From a virus, in the IMG/VR virus record IMGVR_UViG_3300021091_003726, positions 24,292 through 88,291 of that record: a stretch of DNA of 64,000 nt; one strand, written 5' to 3'. A program made the position numbers and the translations under genes. The notes under the pieces were generated by a model, which saw only the letters and a list, made by a program, of their open reading frames with translations, made no database searches and was not told where the DNA came from. This document shows, one piece after another, positions 1-8,303 of the stretch. Each line of letters starts with the position of its first letter. Positions within the stretch are counted from its first letter, which is position 1.

Positions 1-367
1 CTAATGGTGCACAATAAAGTTCATAACTATTACTTGTAATTTGATAATCTTTAATATCATATTTTAAATAACCAATATTTTTCCATTCATCTAGGTGTTC
101 TTGTTCAATTTTCATTATTGAATGTTTTAACTCAATTAACATATTATATTCTTTTTTATAAATTTGATTTATACTATCAAGATCAACATTATAAGTGTAG
201 TTTGTTTTAGAAACAAAACCAGTTTCATTCCACGTTTCCCATTCATTTATAAATGAAGTTTTAATTTTTTCATCTTTAGTTTTTTTTAAAAAAGATAAAA
301 TTTCGTCTACATTTGATAAATAATCTCTATATACGGAGACGTGGGGTATTAAGTCTATTTTTTTCAT
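1..367 (-). CDS. Partial CDS running off the left edge; hypothetical, possibly the N-terminus of a 2OG-Fe(II) oxygenase
   Basis: Not in the ORF track. The ATG at 367-365 overlaps the SNase stop (ATGA) and the frame stays open to the edge (MKKIDLIPHVSVYRDYLSNVDEILSFLKK...EWETWNETG). The oxygenase guess rests only on the look of the N-terminus; no catalytic motifs lie in the window. Confidence 0.6.
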   Translation of the reverse strand, partial: MKKIDLIPHVSVYRDYLSNVDEILSFLKKTKDEKIKTSFINEWETWNETGFVSKTNYTYNVDLDSINQIYKKEYNMLIELKHSIMKIEQEHLDEWKNIGYLKYDIKDYQITSNSYELYCAPL

Positions 368-756
368 TTAAATTCTGTCCAAGTTTTGTCGCCAACACCA
401 AAATATTCACGAGCAAGACCCGCTGCAATTATATCGTTGTTCAGGCAGTTGCCCGCCTCATTCCAAACTCTTGCCAATACTCTTCCGTACTTTTCGTTTT
501 TATTAATAATAGTTTCAATTTTTACTTTATGGTTTGCTTTAGTAAGCCATTGATCAGTAAACTCCTTGGCAGCTAAGCCCATCTTCTTTTCTTCTAAGTT
601 TGATGTTCGACTTTCTGGAGTATTGACGCCATATAAACGTACCCTACCCTTTTTAAGCGTATCAAAGCCAAGATCGATAACAATATCAAATGTATCGCCA
701 TCAATTATCTTTTTTACTTCTGCGTTGTATATCCATGGATTTAATTTTTCTGACAT
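364..756 (-). CDS. Thermonuclease (staphylococcal nuclease, SNase-like)
   Basis: Motifs IIDGDTFD, RVRLYGVNTPE and KYGRVLA. Confidence 0.92.
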   Translation of the reverse strand: MSEKLNPWIYNAEVKKIIDGDTFDIVIDLGFDTLKKGRVRLYGVNTPESRTSNLEEKKMGLAAKEFTDQWLTKANHKVKIETIINKNEKYGRVLARVWNEAGNCLNNDIIAAGLAREYFGVGDKTWTEFK

Positions 757-757
757 A

Positions 758-1561
758 TTAATCTCTTTCTATTCCTATAGTATCGCATGCTTTGCGAAAT
801 ATTGATTGACTAGTTTTGAATTTGGCGTCTGCATGGCTGTAACCTTCTCCCGGCTTAGGGGACGAAGCATGCCAGCTATGGCCAATTGATACAGAACCGT
901 CATACACTACATTATAGCCTAGATGTCTGGCAAAATACGAACACCAGGTTTCTTCATAGTAGTGGGGCGTGGGCAGAAAAGCCCCCACCGCATTTGGCAC
1001 CAACTGTCTGTACTGCTGATTGTAGGTAAGGTTATTCCAGACGTATCTTCTGATGAAATATGCGGATCCAGAAACCGTAACGCATTTTACCCTATCTTTG
1101 TAGAGGCGGTCGGCCATATCCGGCTCCATCCAGCCCCTATGTTTTGGGGCCGTGTTGGTTCCAATAATTCCAGCATGCCTTATGAGGCCATATTCGTCTC
1201 TTTGCTTGGGTCCCAATATGTGTATGGTTGGGTCACTGTCAAAAATGTTTTTTATGCAATTTACATCATTATTTGTTAACCAAAAATCTGCATTTAAAAG
1301 TCCAATTATTTCGCTAGACCCTCTTGCGGCCAATTGATTGCAGGCAGCAGAATAACCTATATTTTGATTTAGGCAGAGCCCGTCTATCTGATATTGAGAA
1401 CTTTTATTTTTTAACCATTCAATTGTATTGTCTGTCGAACCATTATCTGCAAGATAAAGTTTCCAAAATTTATTTGCTATCGAAATATTTTTGTGCAGAT
1501 GATCAAAAAGACGTTCGAGCAGTGCGCTAGTATTGTAATTTACAACACATAAATCAATCAT
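758..1561 (-). CDS. Glycosyltransferase family 2 (GT-A fold)
   Basis: VVNYN...DNGSTD...NIGYSAACN...LLNAD...VSGS...YYEET pattern of GT2 (WbbL-like) enzymes. Confidence 0.9.
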   Translation of the reverse strand: MIDLCVVNYNTSALLERLFDHLHKNISIANKFWKLYLADNGSTDNTIEWLKNKSSQYQIDGLCLNQNIGYSAACNQLAARGSSEIIGLLNADFWLTNNDVNCIKNIFDSDPTIHILGPKQRDEYGLIRHAGIIGTNTAPKHRGWMEPDMADRLYKDRVKCVTVSGSAYFIRRYVWNNLTYNQQYRQLVPNAVGAFLPTPHYYEETWCSYFARHLGYNVVYDGSVSIGHSWHASSPKPGEGYSHADAKFKTSQSIFRKACDTIGIERD

Positions 1562-1563
1562 TT

Positions 1564-1806
1564 TTACCAGTTATCATCCTCGTCATTAATTACTTTACTA
1601 ATAAATTGATTCTCATTAATAGATTTTACTGTTTCTTCCTTAAGGCGTAAAATATTTAATTTTTCTTTTTCATCTTTAACAATAGAAAAATAATGTGAAA
1701 GCGCATTTGATATGTGCAACATTTCATCTATTGTTGTTACCAGATAAGTTTGACCTGATTCAAGTTTTATATTTATTTTTTTCTTTTCATTTATTTTTTT
1801 AGCCAT
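1564..1806 (-). CDS. Hypothetical protein, 80 aa
   Basis: Tightly packed ORF with an AGGA-type RBS; no recognisable motif. Confidence 0.75.
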   Translation of the reverse strand: MAKKINEKKKINIKLESGQTYLVTTIDEMLHISNALSHYFSIVKDEKEKLNILRLKEETVKSINENQFISKVINDEDDNW

Positions 1807-1811
1807 TATTC

Positions 1812-2054
1812 CTACTTATTTTTATTTTTTACCTTTTTATCATCTAAATCAAAACCGCCAATTTTATCTAGATCATATCTATGAAGACATATGTTATCAG
1901 TATCTGGCTCAAATGTAACAAAAAATATGTTTTTATCTTTATCGGTTAACCCATCTGGAACTGGAGATTCAATAGCTATTTTGGAAGAAGAGCAGCCATA
2001 AACTTGACTATGGTTTTTATATACTACAATATAATTCAATTTAGATGCCGGCAT
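1812..2054 (-). CDS. Hypothetical protein, 80 aa
   Basis: Tightly packed ORF within the operon; no recognisable motif. Confidence 0.75.
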   Translation of the reverse strand: MPASKLNYIVVYKNHSQVYGCSSSKIAIESPVPDGLTDKDKNIFFVTFEPDTDNICLHRYDLDKIGGFDLDDKKVKNKNK

Positions 2055-2077
2055 TTGTATCTATCTTTGCTGTTTCT

Positions 2078-2248
2078 TCATAACAATGAAAATATAATTA
2101 AACCGAATATTAACGGAATAGCAATTGCAAATGATACGGAAACGGCTCTTGTTCTTTTGTTCTTGGATGTTTGATTTAACATTTGCATAGCTATTGTCCA
2201 ATTAAAACAAACCGTTAAAAGCAATGATAGTAGTAAATTCTTATACAT
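2078..2248 (-). CDS. Small two-TM membrane protein, 56 aa (below the ORF-track cutoff)
   Basis: Hand translation MYKNLLLSLLLTVCFNWTIAMQMLNQTSKNKRTRAVSVSFAIAIPLIFGLIIFSLL. It overlaps the thyX stop and fills the gap to the next gene. Confidence 0.7.
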   Translation of the reverse strand: MYKNLLLSLLLTVCFNWTIAMQMLNQTSKNKRTRAVSVSFAIAIPLIFGLIIFSLL

Positions 2249-2954
2249 AATTACCGACTAAACAGGAAAGTGAAACTGGAAAATGTGGACCTATAAGTTT
2301 CTGAACAGCTTTGGCATAGTCGCCAATCTCATGCTGCGCATCTTCTGATGATCTTTGATTTAAAAATAAAGCTATAGACTGCAGGCTGCATGACCATCTA
2401 TAAACTACGTACATTCCGTAAGCTGCTAAAAATAAACGAGCTTGTTCTGGGGCCACTCCATTGCCCATTGCCATTTTATATAAAGCTTCTCCCTGTTCAA
2501 TATGCTTCTTTAATTCTTCAGTCAAAATTGAACCAGTCCAAGGGTCTATGGGACCACCAGATCCTTGCTTTTTATTATCTGGAGCAAGTCTCCACTCTCC
2601 TGATTTTGGTACATAAAATTCAGGTTCCATTGTAATATATCTGCGTGAAGATTCATTCCATGAATCCATCGTGTGATCAGATCCAACAACATACTTCCAA
2701 TGTTGTCTGGCAACTAAAAGAGGTGCCTTAAACTCAAAAGTGGCAAATGCATGTCTAAATGGTGACATATGATTTTCTCTTGCAAGAAAATTTATTAATC
2801 TAGCGTCATCTTTTGACATTTCGGAACTCTCTTTTGCAAAAGATGCTCTAGCCGCATTTACAACAGAAAGATCAGATCCCATAACATCTACTAATCTAAC
2901 ATAGCCATTATCTAAAACAGCTATAGATTTTTCTATATTATTAGTGTTTTCCAT
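2241..2954 (-). CDS. thyX: FAD-dependent thymidylate synthase
   Basis: LVDVMGSDLSVVNAARASF, H.SPF.H, ARQ, NESSRRY, APEQAR and AQHEI motifs of ThyX. Confidence 0.95.
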   Translation of the reverse strand: MENTNNIEKSIAVLDNGYVRLVDVMGSDLSVVNAARASFAKESSEMSKDDARLINFLARENHMSPFRHAFATFEFKAPLLVARQHWKYVVGSDHTMDSWNESSRRYITMEPEFYVPKSGEWRLAPDNKKQGSGGPIDPWTGSILTEELKKHIEQGEALYKMAMGNGVAPEQARLFLAAYGMYVVYRWSCSLQSIALFLNQRSSEDAQHEIGDYAKAVQKLIGPHFPVSLSCLVGNYV

Positions 2955-2961
2955 GAGATAT

Positions 2962-2970
2962 ATTATATCA
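2962..2970 (-). promoter_or_regulatory. Extended -10 promoter (TGATATAAT), probably driving a leaderless thyX mRNA
   Basis: The minus strand reads TGA-TATAAT-ATATCTC-ATG: the start codon is 7 nt after the -10 hexamer and there is no SD. Confidence 0.65.
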
Positions 2971-2971
2971 T

Positions 2972-5083
2972 TTAATCAGCTTTTATGTTGTCCTTTATGA
3001 ATTTAATTTCACAAGAATCTGTAGTGCAGTATCTTTCGCCAATTGCGTCTGAAGCCATCCCAGCATATACGCCAGTTAAATCTATAGGAAATAATTTTGA
3101 GCTAGAATCTATATATTCTTTTTCTGATATCTGAGTATACGGCATTTGTGGATATGTGTTGTTTCCACTTGGTAAAAATGAAACCGTTTTTAATTGACCA
3201 TCATACATATGAAGTACAGTGCCAACATGTTCGGCTTCTGTATCTTTATTAAAAGATACTGTTACAGAAACAGAGTTATCAGACCAATATCTTTGTGCTA
3301 TCGCTGCCAAAGACATTTTTTCAAAGATTGTAACGTCACGTTCCGCTCTTGCTGCTTCTGATTTAATTGGAAAATAAACTACAGATGTAGTATTCGGAGA
3401 TTCGGATGCTGGTTCAACTGTATAGTTTGCCATTCTAAATAATGGTAGCATTGGGTCTTCATTAGAAAATCTAATAGTTCTATTAAAATACTTTCCACCT
3501 GGAGTCCAATGCACACCTGGTGATTCACCAGCAAGAATTGAAACAGTTCCAGAAGGTTTAATAGTTGTCATCTTAATTGACTCTCTGATTCCCAACCATT
3601 CAGAATAAACATTATCATAACGCTGAATTGTTTTATATCCTTGGTCCATCCATTCACGAAGAGCTGGAACCCCAACTTTGTCAGCAAAGTTTGCTACACC
3701 AGACATAGACGCACCAATTCTACGATTGCGCTGCATGATGGCATTGGTTTCTTCCCAGTGAGTCGGTAGTAAAGTTACCGTCTTTGCATATAAGTATGCA
3801 AACTTTAATGTGCGCTTATAATCCTCTAAACTATCGTGCCTATTTAGATATGTCTCAACAAGCGTACAGCATTCGTAGGACTCTAGGGATTGCTCTGCGC
3901 ATGGATTATAGCCTGCTACTCTATGGTCTTTATTGTTTGGTGGATCAGCTAAGCGACCATATTTGCGAGACATATCCATCCACAAAACTCCAGGCTCACC
4001 ATTGAGTGATATTCCCTCTACTATGCTGGAAAGATCTGCTCCAACTGTTGTTTCAACTGAATTGTTCGACATCCACCCCCAACCTGGAGAAGATGAATTG
4101 TATGAATTACGTTCTGGAAAGCGTTGTGAATTTTTTAGATTTAAAAAATCTTGATCATCCAAACGACCAATCAACAATTCTGCTGATCGACGCACATTAC
4201 CAGACACAACGCATACGCCAATAACATTTCCTATATCAGCTATGTCTATGCGGGTTAATTTTTCTCCACCACGTTCAGAAAACATTTTACGAATATGTTT
4301 ATGCAGCTTCTCAAGCGGTTCGTGACCAGCAGCTACTCCACCAAAAGTTTTTATTGGTGTACCAGCTGGACGAATTGCACTGTAATCAAATTCTACTGCA
4401 TCTTGGTCTGGTTTCAAATAGGAATTTAATAATAGTGAAGTTGATTCAACCCAACCCTCTCTTGTATCTGGAATAAGAATTGGATTAGTCACTTCTAATA
4501 CTTTGGGTTTAAAGATTGTAAATTCTTTGTCGGCGCCCTTGTCGTCAAAGCCAACACCAACACCCAACATTGAAGCCTCCATTAAAAATGCAAAGGGTTT
4601 TGCTGGATTAAACTTATTCATTTCTGCGGTCGAAACAAATGCACAGTTCTGCAATGCGGCTGAATTCTTTTGTATATTTACAATATTTGTTCCCATAGCC
4701 CAAAGCCCGCGTCCAGGTGGTGTCCATTTAAGGTTAAACAGCCTATCAAACGCTTCTTTTGCCGAAGCTTGAGCTTTTGCGTCATTCCATGGGAGACGGT
4801 TCTTTTTGCAGTGATCTTTTTGGAGAGAATACATTCCATTAATTACTCTTTCGCAAACATCAACCCAGGTTTCTTTTGTGCCGTCATCTTTTAATCTAGA
4901 GTATGTACGAAGAAAAGTTATTTCTCCAACAGAATTTCCGGCCGCGTCCCTATAGCCAAAGGGAACAACTTTATCTTTATATCCGGTAACAAAATCATCT
5001 GTCAATCTAAAAGAAAACATTGATACTTGCTTTGAGGCGGAGTATGCTATATCTGGATTGCCATTTTCTATTTCTAATGACAT
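2972..5083 (-). CDS. nrdJ: Class II (adenosylcobalamin-dependent) ribonucleotide reductase, monomeric RTPR type
   Basis: PPGRGLW, NCAFV, GNVRRSA, NPCAEQ, TTIKPSGTVS and the C-terminal redox pair CTTDSC. Confidence 0.95.
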   Translation of the reverse strand: MSLEIENGNPDIAYSASKQVSMFSFRLTDDFVTGYKDKVVPFGYRDAAGNSVGEITFLRTYSRLKDDGTKETWVDVCERVINGMYSLQKDHCKKNRLPWNDAKAQASAKEAFDRLFNLKWTPPGRGLWAMGTNIVNIQKNSAALQNCAFVSTAEMNKFNPAKPFAFLMEASMLGVGVGFDDKGADKEFTIFKPKVLEVTNPILIPDTREGWVESTSLLLNSYLKPDQDAVEFDYSAIRPAGTPIKTFGGVAAGHEPLEKLHKHIRKMFSERGGEKLTRIDIADIGNVIGVCVVSGNVRRSAELLIGRLDDQDFLNLKNSQRFPERNSYNSSSPGWGWMSNNSVETTVGADLSSIVEGISLNGEPGVLWMDMSRKYGRLADPPNNKDHRVAGYNPCAEQSLESYECCTLVETYLNRHDSLEDYKRTLKFAYLYAKTVTLLPTHWEETNAIMQRNRRIGASMSGVANFADKVGVPALREWMDQGYKTIQRYDNVYSEWLGIRESIKMTTIKPSGTVSILAGESPGVHWTPGGKYFNRTIRFSNEDPMLPLFRMANYTVEPASESPNTTSVVYFPIKSEAARAERDVTIFEKMSLAAIAQRYWSDNSVSVTVSFNKDTEAEHVGTVLHMYDGQLKTVSFLPSGNNTYPQMPYTQISEKEYIDSSSKLFPIDLTGVYAGMASDAIGERYCTTDSCEIKFIKDNIKAD

Positions 5084-5091
5084 TATATCTC

Positions 5092-5796
5092 CTATTTAAT
5101 TATTGTTATTTTTTTTACGTATTTTTGATTAAGCTTTTGTAATTCTGTAGTTTTTATTTTGATAATTTCATCAAGCTTATAAACTTTGTGTATTTCTTTT
5201 TCAAAAAAATAACCACTTCTCCAATTAAAAACCTTGTCAACATTGTTCTTGTGTTTAACAAACATATTACATATTACTGCGCCGCCGTATGCTTTTACTA
5301 AATTAAAAAATTTAACCTCTAACTCTTTTGCGTTGTCTTCATTCAAATCGGAAACCTCTTTTGCCCTATTATAAAGCCAATTAAATGCCTGTCTAGTTAG
5401 CGGCGATACATCTATCGGATCTACAACACCTAACATAATAATTTTATTTCTATCTTTTATAATTTTTATATCTTCTTTAACATTTTCTTTAAATAATTGA
5501 AACCAATCTTTTTCATTAAATTGCAACCAAGCTGTACACCAAAATAAAAGTTTTTCTGGAGGAGTAGGAATAGTAGTGCCATCTAATGTCGGAAGCATTG
5601 TTGCGCAACTTATAGTTTTTTTCACAAAAGATTTTCTTTGCTCTTCGGTAAATCCTTTGGAGCCAGAAATTTTCCACAGTCTTTTAATCTGATTATCCCA
5701 ATCAGACTTACCTAAAAATAGGGTTAAATATTTTTCCGCCGTGTCGAAAGGTATTGTGTCTTCATTTATTACCTTTTCAAGAGCATCTAAATACAT
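5092..5796 (-). CDS. Hypothetical protein, 234 aa
   Basis: Intact ORF with an AAGGA RBS; predicted helical and Trp-rich; no family recognised. Confidence 0.8.
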   Translation of the reverse strand: MYLDALEKVINEDTIPFDTAEKYLTLFLGKSDWDNQIKRLWKISGSKGFTEEQRKSFVKKTISCATMLPTLDGTTIPTPPEKLLFWCTAWLQFNEKDWFQLFKENVKEDIKIIKDRNKIIMLGVVDPIDVSPLTRQAFNWLYNRAKEVSDLNEDNAKELEVKFFNLVKAYGGAVICNMFVKHKNNVDKVFNWRSGYFFEKEIHKVYKLDEIIKIKTTELQKLNQKYVKKITIIK

Positions 5797-5846
5797 TTAT
5801 AATCCTTCATAAAATACTCAAAACCTATAAAAATGATCCATATAAA

Positions 5847-5880
5847 CAGCAATCCCGTCTGTGATCAGACGGGACTGTTG
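5847..5880 (-). terminator. Strong GC-rich hairpin (terminator or leader structure)
   Basis: Perfect 9-bp stem TCCCGTCTG/CAGACGGGA (5853-5861/5866-5874) with a 4-nt loop, extendable with G-U pairs, followed by TTTAT on the minus strand. Confidence 0.7.
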
Positions 5881-5883
5881 TCG

Positions 5884-5905
5884 CCGTGCTATTAGTATAG
5901 CACAG
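5884..5905 (-). promoter_or_regulatory. Inverted repeat GTGCTAT-N4-ATAGCAC overlapping an extended -10 (TGCTATACT)
   Basis: Arms at 5886-5892 and 5897-5903; minus-strand TG-C-TATACT at 5902-5894. Confidence 0.55.
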
Positions 5906-5925
5906 AATATATTTTTTAGTAATAC

Positions 5926-6534
5926 TTACAATGCTTTTGCTGAGTCTAAACCTCGATATTCTAAGACTTTGTTTCTACCATAATCAGATTCGGTATTTGC
6001 TTGACCATAGCCCGAAGTAAATACTTTTGCACTTGCTACACCATGAACTTCATCTGGTCTGAAAACTCCAAACGATGCTGGTGCACCTTGCGCTTCTGTT
6101 CTTGGAGCGTGACCAACATTAGCAAATACGTTCGATGATGTAACACCATCAAATGCGTAATTGTTATAGCTGTAGTCACTTACTCTATCGGCATGCCCGA
6201 AGCCAGAAGGAAACGCTGCTGCCCCTACTAAGCCCTTAAATTGAAATGGCTTAAAACGAGCACCGTCGTAACCAGCACCATTTTTGAAAGTTCCTGCTAG
6301 CGGAGTTGTTCCAGCGTAAAGTGTTGAGCCAGTAAATAGTTGTGATAAGAGAACGTTTCCTGGGTGACGACCAGTGCCCGGGACATGGTGATTATCTGGG
6401 GCTCCATCTAAAAGACCCTTAGCAAATAGGGGGTAAAATGAATATGTGCCAGCCGTACCTTTGAATGGGTTAACCATATCGGCAGTTGAACGACCCTTCA
6501 ATACTGGTCTTGGACCCACGTAAAAGGTTGCCAT
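5926..6534 (-). CDS. Gly/aromatic-rich protein, probably an abundant virion (decoration) protein
   Basis: Strong AGGAGA RBS, its own TTACTATA motif upstream, and visibly higher GC, as in the sheath and tube genes. The function is inferred. Confidence 0.6.
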   Translation of the reverse strand: MATFYVGPRPVLKGRSTADMVNPFKGTAGTYSFYPLFAKGLLDGAPDNHHVPGTGRHPGNVLLSQLFTGSTLYAGTTPLAGTFKNGAGYDGARFKPFQFKGLVGAAAFPSGFGHADRVSDYSYNNYAFDGVTSSNVFANVGHAPRTEAQGAPASFGVFRPDEVHGVASAKVFTSGYGQANTESDYGRNKVLEYRGLDSAKAL

Positions 6535-6574
6535 ACGAAATATCTCCTTATTGTATAATGCGGTTTACACTATC

Positions 6575-6582
6575 TATAGTAA
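6575..6582 (-). promoter_or_regulatory. Putative late promoter TTACTATA
   Basis: Intergenic, about 40 nt upstream of the 6534 start; the same octamer lies upstream of the sheath gene and the 63028 gene. Confidence 0.65.
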
Positions 6583-6604
6583 AATGATTTTTGGTTTTTA
6601 ACCA

Positions 6605-7864
6605 TTAATCATACTGAATTCTTAGATCAGAAAGCACTGGTGCCGTCTTATCTTCTAGCATATTTAAAGTAACCTCTATCCACACATTGGCTGAGGCACC
6701 GGGATTCGTTGTGCTGTAGTTGCCAGCATCGTCGTAAATGACCCTGTAGCTAAAAGCATTTGACATTTGACTCAGGGGAACATTATAAATTACTGGATCT
6801 ACGCTAATTATATTATTAATTAAAGATCCGTTTGGAGGAGTAAATTTAATTATTGTCTTACCAGATGGCAAAAATTTATCATATCTTACATCAAGATCTG
6901 AAAGACCATATGTATATATATAATTTCCTTGTTCCTGCATATAGCTTCTTTGTACCATTTTAATTCTTATTGCCGTAATTTCTTTATCTGCAAAATAAAA
7001 AGAAAGCGGGCCAGAATTGTATATAGTATCTGACCCAGATACAAGCCATCCGCCAGGTGGCACCTTACCCACTGCCGTGCTAATCCCATTATAAAGTGCG
7101 GAAGAATTTAATGGTATCCAGGAATCGGATTCTGTTAGTGTTGGATTTAGCTTTGTTGTATATTCTATTGAAGAAATATCAACTGAGTACACTGGAAATG
7201 GATTTAATTTAATGCAGTTTGTTTTTGTTGACCCAGTAAATTCAGATGGTATTTTTACATAAAACATCATCTGAGCTCCAGACGGAGAAGTAGATTGTGT
7301 AATTATATTGCGTTTCCAAATTTTATCTGGATTATCTATTATTGCATTGAATGTTGGAGTAGTATTAACTATAGCTCCAGCTGTGTCAACTCCCGCATAA
7401 GTATTTTCTATAAAGGTCTTAAAAAAATCTGGGATAACCTGAGATGAGGAAGTGCCAAAAGTATGAAACTTTAATTTTGAATTTGAAGATCCACTAACCT
7501 TGGGAAGTGTTATTACATTATAGTGCGGGTCTAAACTCAAGAGATTTGTAGTAGAAATAGAAAAACTTGTTCCAACAAAATTTACATAATCAAGCTGTGA
7601 AAAAGAATATATTGATAACGTGTTAGTTTCGTTTTCAAGCGCCTCAACCCTATCAACAAGATCATCGACAGCGTTAACTAAATATGCCTGGTCTTTTAAA
7701 ACTCTTTGAAAAGCTTCAGAAAGCTTCTGATCAAGAATATTAGATTTATTATATAAGTATAAAAGATCTTTATAATTTTCTTCAATTCTTTGATTGTATT
7801 CTGAGCTATCTACCGGACCCTTATATTGTGCGTTTCTTTTTTGTGTATTAATTGAATCTGCCAT
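6605..7864 (-). CDS. Virion structural protein (baseplate/fibre-associated): N-terminal coiled coil plus beta-rich C-terminus
   Basis: Lies in the baseplate module; its N-terminal YKGPVDSSEYN motif resembles those of its neighbours. Confidence 0.6.
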   Translation of the reverse strand: MADSINTQKRNAQYKGPVDSSEYNQRIEENYKDLLYLYNKSNILDQKLSEAFQRVLKDQAYLVNAVDDLVDRVEALENETNTLSIYSFSQLDYVNFVGTSFSISTTNLLSLDPHYNVITLPKVSGSSNSKLKFHTFGTSSSQVIPDFFKTFIENTYAGVDTAGAIVNTTPTFNAIIDNPDKIWKRNIITQSTSPSGAQMMFYVKIPSEFTGSTKTNCIKLNPFPVYSVDISSIEYTTKLNPTLTESDSWIPLNSSALYNGISTAVGKVPPGGWLVSGSDTIYNSGPLSFYFADKEITAIRIKMVQRSYMQEQGNYIYTYGLSDLDVRYDKFLPSGKTIIKFTPPNGSLINNIISVDPVIYNVPLSQMSNAFSYRVIYDDAGNYSTTNPGASANVWIEVTLNMLEDKTAPVLSDLRIQYD

Positions 7865-7865
7865 A

Positions 7866-8264
7866 TTAAATCCTATTTTCTAAAAATTTTATTTTATTTT
7901 GAAGCCTAGATAATTTTCCTGTAATTTTTACTATATCATTTATATTTATATTTGAAGAAGTTGACGTTATTTTGTCTACTGTAGATGCTGTAACCCCATT
8001 AACTTCAAGATCAACTCCGTCAACAAGAACGACTTCTTCAGTAGTTAAAAATATTTTACCATTGATAGCTACAGAATAACTATCGCAAGTTGAATTTATT
8101 GAGTTTAGCTGATTGTTGATTCTATTAAAGTCTGCAAGTAGGGAATTTATTTCTAAGTTCTCTCTTTTACTATTTCTAGTTCCTCTATATTTTTGTCTAA
8201 ATCTAGAAAAAAGAGGCTCTACCAGTCTTTTCGTATAAGATTGTTTTGTGTAAGTTATTGGCAT
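7866..8264 (-). CDS. Small structural protein with an N-terminus resembling 6605..7864
   Basis: RQKYRGTRNSKRENLE versus RNAQYKGPVDSSEYNQ, followed by a coiled coil. Confidence 0.55.
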   Translation of the reverse strand: MPITYTKQSYTKRLVEPLFSRFRQKYRGTRNSKRENLEINSLLADFNRINNQLNSINSTCDSYSVAINGKIFLTTEEVVLVDGVDLEVNGVTASTVDKITSTSSNININDIVKITGKLSRLQNKIKFLENRI

Positions 8265-8303
8265 TTGATTCTTTCTAGTTAATTAGTACTGGAAACACTG
8301 GTT

